Below, piece by piece: positions 29,001 through 38,799 of a stretch of DNA of 64,000 nt. Within the stretch, counting starts at the first letter, position 1; the number at the start of each line of letters is the position of its first letter. Origin of the DNA: a bacterium (GTDB lineage: Bacteria > Hinthialibacterota > Hinthialibacteria > Hinthialibacterales > Hinthialibacteraceae); the NCBI GenBank assembly GCA_963662285.2, contig CAXXMV010000006.1, forward strand, positions 1,536,001-1,600,000, written 5' to 3'. The translations under genes and the position numbers were made by a program. The notes below the pieces were generated by a model that saw only the letters and a program-made list of their open reading frames with translations, was not told where the DNA came from and made no database searches.

Positions 29001-29030
29001 TATTGACAGTAACTTACTTTTATGTCAATA
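29001..29030. promoter_or_regulatory. TATTGACA-N14-TGTCAATA palindrome (promoter or operator)
   Basis: Perfect 8-bp inverted repeat with TTGACA on both strands, 11 nt from the candidate RNA. Confidence 0.5.
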
Positions 29031-29303
29031 AAAAAAACAGTTTATTTTGCTTTTTTTTGATATATTTTCTATGTGATATCCTCTTTCAGCGTAGTATCTT
29101 AGGGTGAATTGAGTTAACACGAAACGCTAAAAACCCGCTAGAATTTTTTTAGATAACAACACGTTGTGGATATTCAAGATTGTTTTATACAAGATATAGC
29201 GTGAGTTAGCTTTTCCAGCCACTTTTTTAGCAATAATTAACCAACATTATTTCAATAATCGCTATAGTGCTCTGATTTACTAATTATGTCGGGCGACCTC
29301 ATA

Positions 29304-29686
29304 CCCTCTCCCACGGGCTGACTTTACCCAAAAATATCAATATGGGAGATTATGAGAAATTCAATTATCTGAATATAGGACAATATTGGGTGCCAAGGGC
29401 AGTGTATTTTCTGCCCTTGATTCAGATCACTTCATATATTTCGATAATTTAATTAAGGTTTCACTTAATAAAAAGAATTATGATTAACTTTAAAGTTGTG
29501 GTAGTTGGAACTATATGTTAATAATTCTATAAAAAAAAGATAGATAATTATAGAAATTTTTCAGTTTCTCTATAGTTGTCGTCAAGGGCAGAAAGGACGC
29601 TGCCCTTGGCACCCGTATTGATCTCTGCGTAGCCACTATTAATAATAACAAAACTTGTGGGTAAAAATCAGCCCCATGGGAGAGGG
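29304..29686. repeat. Nested inverted repeats
   Basis: Outer arms 29304-29330/29658-29686; inner arms 29381-29420/29582-29620. Confidence 0.85.
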
Positions 29687-29840
29687 CTTGGGTGAGGGGG
29701 AATTACAGAAAACCTCCTGACAAAAAAACTGGTCGTACTACTAGACAATGTGAATTATTAACATCGCAACGATTGACTAAACTCTATTAGCGGTGTGAAA
29801 TGGATTTATAGATTATTAAACCTTTTCTGGAGGATCAAAG

Positions 29841-30512
29841 ATGGGTTCTGACGCCCTTCAGGCCATTCGTGAAGCTGTACATGCTCAAAAAGTGATTCCT
29901 GTTGAGCTGGACATGGGATATAAAGTAGTCTTTAGCACTCTTCAAGGCAATCTCCCTGTTAATAATCGTATAAGCGGTTCCATACTTGATATTCCGGTTG
30001 ATCTGAGGTTGGATTATTCCATCATCCCCAATACTGGTGGAAGCCTTCCAGTTAACTCTGTTCTTGACGGTTTTATCGGTGATGCGCATATACAAGGACG
30101 CATGATGCATAAGATGGTATTCTCAACTATCGCTGGAAATATACCTGTTAATACTGGCATTGAGTTTAAGAACAATGGCGCCAGGTATCACTTGGAGATG
30201 CCAATATCATTCGCTCTCGGCGCTGCGCGGGGAGGCGGATTGAAAAGTAGTAGTGGTGGTGGGGGAATCGCTAAAAAGAAATCACTGGCGCCCAAGTATA
30301 TTGCCGGCAAGATGATTCAGCCGGATGATTTGCCAGACGATGCTGGCAGCAGCGGTTCTTCTGAAGCGGGAAGACCCATTCCCGGCGGTATCCGTGGAGT
30401 AATAGAAGATATTCAGATCGATTTTAGATTCTCCTTTACTTATTACTGCAATACCAGCAGTGGACGCAATCCTATCAATAATCGGTTAACTGGAGAAATA
30501 CGGGCAGTTTAA
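29841..30512 (+). CDS. Hypothetical beta-rich protein with GxxP(V/I)N repeats
   Basis: GGAGG RBS; GNLPVN, GSLPVN, GNIPVN, GRNPIN. Confidence 0.8.
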   Translation: MGSDALQAIREAVHAQKVIPVELDMGYKVVFSTLQGNLPVNNRISGSILDIPVDLRLDYSIIPNTGGSLPVNSVLDGFIGDAHIQGRMMHKMVFSTIAGNIPVNTGIEFKNNGARYHLEMPISFALGAARGGGLKSSSGGGGIAKKKSLAPKYIAGKMIQPDDLPDDAGSSGSSEAGRPIPGGIRGVIEDIQIDFRFSFTYYCNTSSGRNPINNRLTGEIRAV

Positions 30513-30547
30513 CTGGCTCATTATTAATATCAATTATGGATTAAATA

Positions 30548-30596
30548 AACAATAAACCTGTCAAGATATAACACTTGACAGGTTTATGTTGTTTTT
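30548..30596. terminator. Bidirectional terminator
   Basis: ATAAACCTGTCAAG/CTTGACAGGTTTAT between convergent genes. Confidence 0.75.
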
Positions 30597-30651
30597 AATG
30601 ATTGACAATTAAATTATATTATCAATCCATGCAAAGCTGATTACTCCAAAA

Positions 30652-31140
30652 CTACTTATTCAGTTTCGCCTCTTCTATTTCAATTTTCTTTAAATCCGCT
30701 ATAGAATTGATTGGATGTTTACGTCCTCTATGGCAAGTGAAGCAAGTGATTTTCTCTTTGCTTTCAGTGCCTTTATCATTGTTTTCAGTAACTTTTTCTT
30801 TGTTTTCCTTGAAATATCTATCATTAATATCTTGAACCATTACGTGCATCTCTCTTGTTATAATCTTCTCTTTTCTGGAGTCTGAGGTGAAATCACGAAT
30901 ATTGTGACAAAATTTACAGTCGGTTCCCAGCATTTTGGTTAAGTTAATCATATAATCCTGAAGTTCAGTTCGTTTATCAATTTCTAATATTTGAAGATTA
31001 ATGCCTGCTTTCCCTTTGTTCTCTATTGACTTGGCATCTTTAACATCTTCCTGCCCCCATAATATGTCAGCATCTAACGCCAGCATTGAAAATACCATTA
31101 TTATCACCAGGAAACTGCTGAAAAGGATAATTTTACGCAT
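30652..31140 (-). CDS. Exported dihaem cytochrome c (reaction-centre cytochrome c-like fold)
   Basis: Signal peptide, NLQIL, CKFCH and CFTCH. Confidence 0.88.
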   Translation of the reverse strand: MRKIILFSSFLVIIMVFSMLALDADILWGQEDVKDAKSIENKGKAGINLQILEIDKRTELQDYMINLTKMLGTDCKFCHNIRDFTSDSRKEKIITREMHVMVQDINDRYFKENKEKVTENNDKGTESKEKITCFTCHRGRKHPINSIADLKKIEIEEAKLNK

Positions 31141-31400
31141 TCTAATCTCTCCATTTTTGATTATTTTCATAATTATTTTCAAAATTTTAAAACTTATCGA
31201 TACTATTATACATCGGTATGATCACAACGATTTATATATTTCGGGAAATAAAATGAAAATAAAGATACTCTAATGTACTCACATGGATTGAGTTGAATTT
31301 GCATTCATCCCCTCATCTTACCAAATGGAAGTGCTACAATCTAATTTCCTGATTTATCTTAATTTTTTATGATTTACCTTTTCTGAGAGGAATACGGTTC

Positions 31401-32702
31401 ATGATTACCATTTATCGCTGGAACGAAACGCCGCAAGATCAACAAAAGAAGATTTTATCCCGCTCCGCAGAGGATATTGATAAATTTATACCTCAAGCGC
31501 AAAAAATTGTCGATGCGGTAAAAGAACGTGGTGATGAGGCCATAATTCAATATACCAAGGAATTCGACGGCGCTGATTTATCCGGCAACGGTCTGCGGGT
31601 TACGGCTGAAGAAATTGAAGCCTCTGAGAATAATCTTGATGAAGGCGTCAAACAAGCTATTGATCTATCTTTCAAAAATATAAAAACATTTCATGAACGT
31701 CAGATGCCGGAAGAATTCTGGATGACCGAAATTATGCCCGGCGTTATGGGAGGAGAGAAAGTTACTCCCATCGAAAGCTGCGTATTGTACGTGCCGCGCG
31801 GCACGGCTGCTTATCCCTCGGTAATGCTGATGCTGGGCGTACCGGCCAAGGTTGCCGGAGTTAAAAGGATTGCTGTCGCCACTCCTCCTCAATCTAACGG
31901 ATTAGTGGATGACGCCACCCTATATGCAGCCAAATTAATCGGCATTGAAGAGGTTTACCGTTTCGGTGGAGTTCAGGCAGTGGCGGCCTTTGCCTTGGGC
32001 ACTGAGTCGGTTGATCCAGTGCTTAAAATCATCGGCCCCAGCAACATTTACGCATCGGCGGCTAAGAAAATACTTTATGGTACAATTGATGTTGGAACTC
32101 CCGCTGGACCCAGTGAATCCATTATCCTGGCTGATGAAACTTCCGATCCGGAATTGGTAGCGACCGACCTTCTTATTGAAGCAGAACATGGGCCTTATTC
32201 GGCTGCTTTGTTGGTGACTGACAGTGAAATTCTGGCCAAGACGGTTCAGGATTTGATTCCATCCAAAGTAAAGCAGTTACCTCAAAAGCAACAGGATTAC
32301 ATAACAACGGTTTTCTCTAATTATGGTGGAATTATTCTGACCGATTCTCTGGCGCAATCGGTAGATTTCGTAAATGATTATGCTCCTGAGCATCTTGAAG
32401 TATTAACCAGGAATCCTTTTTCTCTGCTCGGAAAGCTAAATAACGCTGGGGAGATAATGTTGGGCGCATGTACGCCGATATCTATATGTAATTATGCGTT
32501 AGGCGTAAACGCCATCCTGCCGACAGGGGGCAGGGCCAAGACCTCATCCGTAGTTACTGTTTTCGATTTTCTTAAACGCTCTTCGATCAGTTACGCCACC
32601 AAAGAAGGGTATGACTCATTACGGCCTCATGTAGTTAAGTTTGCAGAATTTGAAGGATTTCCTGCTCACGCGCAGGCTGCGAGATTAGAAAGGGATGAAT
32701 AA
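31401..32702 (+). CDS. hisD: Histidinol dehydrogenase-family protein, non-canonical active site
   Basis: RGDEA, YPS, GGVQAVAA, AGPSE, EAEH, APEHL, LPTGG; see findings. Confidence 0.8.
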   Translation: MITIYRWNETPQDQQKKILSRSAEDIDKFIPQAQKIVDAVKERGDEAIIQYTKEFDGADLSGNGLRVTAEEIEASENNLDEGVKQAIDLSFKNIKTFHERQMPEEFWMTEIMPGVMGGEKVTPIESCVLYVPRGTAAYPSVMLMLGVPAKVAGVKRIAVATPPQSNGLVDDATLYAAKLIGIEEVYRFGGVQAVAAFALGTESVDPVLKIIGPSNIYASAAKKILYGTIDVGTPAGPSESIILADETSDPELVATDLLIEAEHGPYSAALLVTDSEILAKTVQDLIPSKVKQLPQKQQDYITTVFSNYGGIILTDSLAQSVDFVNDYAPEHLEVLTRNPFSLLGKLNNAGEIMLGACTPISICNYALGVNAILPTGGRAKTSSVVTVFDFLKRSSISYATKEGYDSLRPHVVKFAEFEGFPAHAQAARLERDE

Positions 32703-33339
32703 GATGTTTAAATTCGATAAAGTGATTATTGAACGTAAAACTCAAGAATCAACCATTCGAGCCTCAATCGAGGGCGGCGAGCGTGATCCACAATTAAAAA
32801 AAGGTATAACAACCAATCTTCAATTTCTGAATCACATGATTGAACAATGGGCCTGGCGATCATGCTTGAATCTGGCGGTTGACGTCAAATTCGAAGAATT
32901 TGTCTTGAATCACCTTGTGGTTGAAGATTCCGGACAATGCTTTGGAGAGGCTTTGGTTAGGGTTGCGACCCAGATGATGAACCAACAGGGTATTAATTCA
33001 TGCGGCGCCGCTGATGGATTTATAGACGAAGCTGCTGCACGGGTTCGTATATCTTTTGAGTCGCGCAGTGGTTTTATTCTTAATCAAGGTTCGGTTAAAA
33101 TACCTGAATTAGTTGAAGACATGCAGTCCGCAGATTTATGGAATTTCCTGGACGGCATCGCCCAGGGAGCGCGCGCCACCATACAAATCGACCTGCTTTC
33201 CGGAAGAGACCCACATCACATCTGGGAAAGCGTCTTTCGGGGATTAGGTGAAGCAACGCGAGCAGCTTTTTCTCCATGTCCATGGCGTAAAGGTCAAACA
33301 GTTGGTGTGGCTGGATTTATTGATGTATCACAAAAATAA
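32695..33339 (+). CDS. hisB: Imidazoleglycerol-phosphate dehydratase-like protein, divergent
   Basis: RKTQES, FLNHM, VEDSG, DEA, PHHIWESVF; overlaps hisD end. Confidence 0.7.
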   Translation: MNKMFKFDKVIIERKTQESTIRASIEGGERDPQLKKGITTNLQFLNHMIEQWAWRSCLNLAVDVKFEEFVLNHLVVEDSGQCFGEALVRVATQMMNQQGINSCGAADGFIDEAAARVRISFESRSGFILNQGSVKIPELVEDMQSADLWNFLDGIAQGARATIQIDLLSGRDPHHIWESVFRGLGEATRAAFSPCPWRKGQTVGVAGFIDVSQK

Positions 33340-33928
33340 TTATTTGGAGCGCTTTTTTTGAATTGTATACGTATCCTATTTTTCTCTAAAAGCGCTTTAT
33401 TTTAATTATATCTTTCTGATAAACGCGATAAATCGATCAAAAAAACAAATTTGGGCTATTCTTCTTTTCTTGAATATCATATAATCTTAAAACAATATAA
33501 ACGGGATATTTTTATTATGTATCTATCTTGTTTTATTAAGTTTATGGGTGATAAATTATTTGACGGTCTGGATTTTTGTTTTTACCGCCTCTTTTTTTAA
33601 TACATACAATAGATATTAATATCGTATCAATTATGTTTTATTGTTAGCCTTTTTTTATTTTTATATAAATCTAAAATTCATATAGTTTAGATAAAAGAAC
33701 ACAAGGCGCCTTATAGAATATTTTTTCTCTAAACTCAAATTAGCAAGTTTTTTTATCGTGGTTTTCGAGAACCGCTCTGGTCGGTTTTTGTATATACAGA
33801 GTGAAATCGGATATAATAAGTTGTAAAGAACCAAAGGACTTAGATAACTGCTTAATTGTCACTTGATAGTTTCAATATTAATATTCCCTCGCAGGATTCC
33901 ACAACGGGGATAATAAGAGGAGTAACTA

Positions 33929-34399
33929 ATGAGCATCTATCAAGATCTTTTAACGGATCGAGTTTCTAATCTTGAGATTAACCAGAATCCAATCATTGTT
34001 TCTTCTTCTACGCCGATTCGCGAAGCCGTTCAAAAACTTAAGGATAATAAAAAGGGTTGCGTTTTGATTTGTGAGGGCAAAGTGCTTAAAGGCATTTTTA
34101 CTGAACGTGATCTGCTGAACCGCGTATTTGGCGAAGGTAAAAAGTTAGATATTCCAATCGAAGAGTTGATGACATCTAATCCTGTTACTGCTAAACCAAA
34201 TGATATTGTCGCTGATGTTGTCAAGAAAATACGAAATGGCGGCTATCGCCATTTGCCGGTTATTACTGATGAAGGACGACCAATCGGTGTTCTCTCGGTG
34301 AAGCATATTGTGCATTTTCTGGTCGATCATTTTCCTGAAGAAGTTTACAATCTTCCTCCTGATCCTGATGAATCTCCTCCGACGCCGGAAGGCGCATGA
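33929..34399 (+). CDS. CBS-pair protein
   Basis: GIFTERD, LMTSNP, GYRHLPV. Confidence 0.9.
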   Translation: MSIYQDLLTDRVSNLEINQNPIIVSSSTPIREAVQKLKDNKKGCVLICEGKVLKGIFTERDLLNRVFGEGKKLDIPIEELMTSNPVTAKPNDIVADVVKKIRNGGYRHLPVITDEGRPIGVLSVKHIVHFLVDHFPEEVYNLPPDPDESPPTPEGA

Positions 34400-34454
34400 T
34401 ATCTTTTAAGATACTATATTGTTAATTATTTCTAGAATTGGAATGGTAAATAAA

Positions 34455-36323
34455 ATGGATACTAGTTCAAGCAAAGCATCAAGCATTAAGCATCAAGTCA
34501 TGGAAATAGAGCAGGCTACAGTGAGATTTGCCGGCGACTCAGGCGATGGTATGCAGTTAGTTGGTGAACAATTTACTCATACTTCCGTCTTTGCTGGAAA
34601 CGACATCGCAACTCTGCCCGATTTTCCTGCAGAAATCCGCGCCCCGGCTGGTTCACTTGGCGGTATCAGTGGATATCAGATTAATGTTGCCGGAAAGCAT
34701 ATTTTTACTCCCGGAGATAAAATAAGCACTCTTTTCGCCATGAATCCTGCCGCTTTGAAAATGAATATCGGTGATCTGGAAAAGGGCGGTTTATTGGTAA
34801 CCAATAAGGACGCTTTTACCAAAGAAAACCTTGAAAAAGCCAAGATGGATTCAAATCCTTTGGAAGATGATTCTCTTAAGGAATACAAAGTGCTTTCGAT
34901 TCCTATTACCACACTGAATCGGGAAGCTGTAGATGGTTTGGACCTTGACCGTAAAACATCTGATCGTTGCCAAAACTTTTTTGTGCTTGGTTTAGCCTTT
35001 TGGATTTATGACAGACCACTTAATTTTACCTTGGCCTGGCTTAAGAAAAAGTTTGCCAAAAAGCCTGATATTATTGAGGCTAACGAACGCACTCTACGCG
35101 CTGGTTATCATTTTGGTGAAACATCCGAAATAATGATCAGTCATTATAATATTCCTAAAGCGAAGCCTGTTCCTGGAACTTATCGTAAAATTACAGGTAA
35201 CGAAGCAATTTCTATGGGTCTTATCACCGCTTCGAAACTTTCTGATAAACCTTTATACTACGGAAGCTATCCTATTACTCCGGCAAGCGAGATTTTGCAG
35301 GATTTATCGGCTAAAAAGAACTTTGGCGTTATAACATTCCAAGCTGAAGATGAAATTGCGGCCATGTGTTCCACCATTGGCGCCGCATATGGCGGGGCTT
35401 TGGCTGCAACCGGAACCAGCGGTCCCGGTTTGGCCTTGAAAAGCGAGGCTATTGGTTTAGCTGTAATGACTGAATTACCAGTGGTTATCGTTAATGTTCA
35501 ACGCGGCGGACCCAGCACCGGATTACCAACCAAAACAGAACAAGCAGATTTGTTCCAGGCTCTTTTCGGGCGTAATGGCGAGTGTCCGGTACCTATAATG
35601 GCTACTGCATCGCCTTCGGATTGCTTCCACATGGCTATTGAAGCCAGCCGCATCGCCTTGAAATTCATGACTCCTGTGCTGCTTTTATCAGATGGACACG
35701 TTGCTGCTGGTTCCGAACCTTTGCGTTTGCCTTCGATTGAAGAACTGCCCAAAATTGATGCTCCCTATTACTCAGGATCGAAAGAGGATTATAAGCCGTA
35801 TTCCCGTAATGAGCGTATGGCTCGTCCTTGGGCTTTACCGGGTACTCCTGGACTAATGCACCGAGTTGGTGGTCTGGAAAAGGAACATATTACCGGCAAC
35901 GTAAGTTATGATTCGAAAAATCATGATTACATGATTCGGTTGCGCAATGAAAAGATCAAAGGTATTGCTGAAGATATACCCCCGGTTGAGATTTTGGGCG
36001 AAGATTCCGGTGACCTGTTAGTGGTTGGTTGGGGAGGCACCTATGGCGCTATTACCACTACTGTAGAAAAATTACAGCGTGAAGGCAAATCGATCTCCAG
36101 CATTCATTTAAGATATCTCTTTCCTTTCCCCAAGAACCTGGGATCTGTGCTTAAGAGTTACAAGAAGGTGCTTATTCCTGAATTGAACCTTGGTCAATTG
36201 AAATATATTATCCGGGCTGAATATCTGATTGATGTTGAAGGATTGAACAAAGTGGAAGGAAAGCCTTTCCGCGAAGATGAACTCTACAACGCTTTCAGTA
36301 AAATTATCAAAGAAATTAAATAA
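34455..36323 (+). CDS. korA: 2-oxoacid:ferredoxin oxidoreductase alpha subunit (fused gamma)
   Basis: FAGDSGDG, YPITPAS, QAEDEIAA, QRGGPSTGLPT. Confidence 0.93.
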   Translation: MDTSSSKASSIKHQVMEIEQATVRFAGDSGDGMQLVGEQFTHTSVFAGNDIATLPDFPAEIRAPAGSLGGISGYQINVAGKHIFTPGDKISTLFAMNPAALKMNIGDLEKGGLLVTNKDAFTKENLEKAKMDSNPLEDDSLKEYKVLSIPITTLNREAVDGLDLDRKTSDRCQNFFVLGLAFWIYDRPLNFTLAWLKKKFAKKPDIIEANERTLRAGYHFGETSEIMISHYNIPKAKPVPGTYRKITGNEAISMGLITASKLSDKPLYYGSYPITPASEILQDLSAKKNFGVITFQAEDEIAAMCSTIGAAYGGALAATGTSGPGLALKSEAIGLAVMTELPVVIVNVQRGGPSTGLPTKTEQADLFQALFGRNGECPVPIMATASPSDCFHMAIEASRIALKFMTPVLLLSDGHVAAGSEPLRLPSIEELPKIDAPYYSGSKEDYKPYSRNERMARPWALPGTPGLMHRVGGLEKEHITGNVSYDSKNHDYMIRLRNEKIKGIAEDIPPVEILGEDSGDLLVVGWGGTYGAITTTVEKLQREGKSISSIHLRYLFPFPKNLGSVLKSYKKVLIPELNLGQLKYIIRAEYLIDVEGLNKVEGKPFREDELYNAFSKIIKEIK

Positions 36324-36351
36324 GAACCTGATTTATATGGAGATATAAATA

Positions 36352-37377
36352 ATGGCTGTTGAGTCTAACTTACCACAATTAACGCCAAAAGATTATGGCA
36401 ATGATCAACATGTACGCTGGTGCCCCGGCTGCGGGGATTATTCGATTTTATCCCAGGTCAAGAAAGTGCTGTCTGAACTTCAGGTTCCCAAGGAAAATTG
36501 CGTCTTCGTTTCAGGGATCGGTTGTTCCAGCCGTTTTCCATATTATCTGGATACTTATGGTATTCATGGAATCCATGGTCGTGCTCCCTCTATTGCTACC
36601 GGAGTTAAATTATCCCGTCCCGACCTTTCTGTATGGGTTATTACGGGAGATGGCGATGGTCTTTCTATTGGTGGGAATCACTTTCTTCATACTATCCGGC
36701 GAAACCTGGATGTTAATATCATCCTTTTCAATAACCGGATATATGGATTAACCAAAGGGCAAGTCTCTCCAACCTCTGAATTTGGAAAGAAAACCAAATC
36801 CACTCCCTGGGGTTCAGTTGATAATCCGGTGCGTCCAATTTCTGTGGCGCTCGGAGCTGAAGCGACTTTCGCGGCGCGTTCTATCGATATGCATGTCAAG
36901 CATTTATCTAAAATCCTGCTTGCTGCAGCTAAACATAAGGGCACCTCGATCGTGGAAATCTATCAGAACTGCAACATCTTTAATGATGGGGCTTATAAGT
37001 ATGCTACTGATCGTCAGCAAAAGTTTGACAATGTTCTCGAACTGGAACATGGCAAGCCAATGCGTTTTGGTAAAAACAACGAGAAGGGAATCCGGTTCAA
37101 GGATTTCAAACTTGAAGTTGTTACAGTTGATGAAGATGGCGTGACGGAAGATGATCTGCTGGTTCATGACGAAAGTCGCAGTGATCCCTCACTCGCCTTC
37201 TTGTTAGGCAACATGTCTCATCCCGTTTTCCCTGAACCAATTGGCGTATTTCGCTCGGTTAACAGACCCAGTTATGATGAATTGGTGCATAATCAAGTGA
37301 AAGAAACCCAGAAAATGGTTAACAAGAATCGCCTGGAAGACCTCTTATATTCAGGTGATACCTGGGTAGTTGAGTAA
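36352..37377 (+). CDS. korB: 2-oxoacid:ferredoxin oxidoreductase beta subunit
   Basis: WCPGCGD, GIGCSSR, GDGD, NNRIYGLTKGQ. Confidence 0.94.
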   Translation: MAVESNLPQLTPKDYGNDQHVRWCPGCGDYSILSQVKKVLSELQVPKENCVFVSGIGCSSRFPYYLDTYGIHGIHGRAPSIATGVKLSRPDLSVWVITGDGDGLSIGGNHFLHTIRRNLDVNIILFNNRIYGLTKGQVSPTSEFGKKTKSTPWGSVDNPVRPISVALGAEATFAARSIDMHVKHLSKILLAAAKHKGTSIVEIYQNCNIFNDGAYKYATDRQQKFDNVLELEHGKPMRFGKNNEKGIRFKDFKLEVVTVDEDGVTEDDLLVHDESRSDPSLAFLLGNMSHPVFPEPIGVFRSVNRPSYDELVHNQVKETQKMVNKNRLEDLLYSGDTWVVE

Positions 37378-37555
37378 ATGATTGTTTTATAATTGATTAA
37401 CCTTTGGCTGGATGGATTGAGTATGATCAATCCATCCAATCTGTTAAATATATAGTGGAGTTTAAGCAGCGGCTTACTCCACTGTTGTTTAAATGGAATA
37501 CCAGAAAAGCCTGTATATTAGAAGTTATATCTTTAACAATATGGAGGTATATGAT

Positions 37556-38014
37556 ATGTGTTCCGATAAAAATGATATTAATTCAAAGGAAAATAATCTT
37601 AAGCGGGATATTCGTGAAAGCAGACTCTCAGAATTGAATCCCCGGTTAAGCGTACGAGTCTCATCGGTTACTTCTGTTAAAGATGTTATTCAGACCATGG
37701 TGGATAAGAAACTTGGCGCTGTTCTTATAGTTGAAGAAAATGTATTGACAGGAATCTTTAGCGAGAGAGATATCATAAGCAAAATAGCTTTGAATTATGA
37801 TGCTGTTAAAGATGATCCTATCAGCGATTATATGACTCCTGAACCGGTGCATCTCAACATTGATGATACGATAGCTTTCGCCCTGAACCGCATGGATGTC
37901 GGAGGATACCGGCATATCCCGATTACTGATGATATGAATATCCCCACTGGAATTGTAGCTGTGCGTGATATCATCAGGTATCTTGATTACAAATGCCTTG
38001 ATGGTCCAGAGTGA
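37556..38014 (+). CDS. CBS-pair protein
   Basis: GGAGGT RBS before ATG 37556; GIFSERD, YMTPEP, GYRHIPI. Confidence 0.9.
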   Translation: MCSDKNDINSKENNLKRDIRESRLSELNPRLSVRVSSVTSVKDVIQTMVDKKLGAVLIVEENVLTGIFSERDIISKIALNYDAVKDDPISDYMTPEPVHLNIDDTIAFALNRMDVGGYRHIPITDDMNIPTGIVAVRDIIRYLDYKCLDGPE

Positions 38015-38799
38015 TTTTGAATCTGAAGCGATGTAAGAGAAGTTAATAACTGAGATGTGAAGAATCAAACATAACTGGATTCTTTCTACCTGGATTATTT
38101 CAAATCTCTGTCAATTCGTATACTTATGCGCTTATTTATACTCCGAAAAAGATATTCTCTCTCGGATTCTCATCGCCTCAAGCCTTATTCATACCATCTC
38201 TTTTGTTCTCTCTTTTCTTTTTATTGTACACCAAAGGACACCCAATACTAAATATATTCCTTTATTTTTCTGAAAAATGCTTCACATTACAAAAGGTATA
38301 TTGCCTAAATTCTGGTTTCAGTGCAATACTCAGCCCAGTTCAAAAGGTCTTAACTTGATGAGATTGAGGTCAAGGGAATCAGGCATTTATAATCGTGAAA
38401 CTTATGAATTAACTTCGATTTTTACTACCTAAACCAACCTTTGGATAGTATAATTCGTAAAGGACGATCATAACTTGCAACGAAAGGTTTCTTATAATAA
38501 GTCTGATAATATACATCCTTTTTTGATTCTGTATCAAATATTGTGTGGAAACGGCAGGAGACTTGATTCATTTTTTGCCGCCAACATTGATCATTGCCAA
38601 AAATCCTTGCATCTCATCTCGGCGAATCTCCATTATGGTTGCTTCTTTTGAAATAGAGGTTGGCATGGAGAAAAAGAGTGAAAAAGTAATTATTTAAAGG
38701 GTTACCAACTTATTATACGGTTCGTAAGTATGTGTTGTATGTCTATTTATCGATGAATTATCCGGTCGTAGTTGGGAAAAAATGAGAGGGATACAGAAA

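Noticed and set aside
29265-29743. Outermost TAGT-ended element around the nested repeats
   Set aside because: Ends match only weakly beyond TAGT and TGTC.GG
30652-31140. Evidence for photosynthesis from the reaction-centre-like cytochrome
   Set aside because: Only two haems and no puf/bch genes; the family occurs in non-phototrophs
33883-33899. ATTCCCTCGCAGGATTC resembling the reverse complement of IS sequence 24469-24487
   Set aside because: Short, gapped match with no IS ends; likely chance
38701-38727. Autoregulatory ECF promoter GTTACC-16-CGTAA
   Set aside because: Plausible spacing but weak -35 and no second copy to support it
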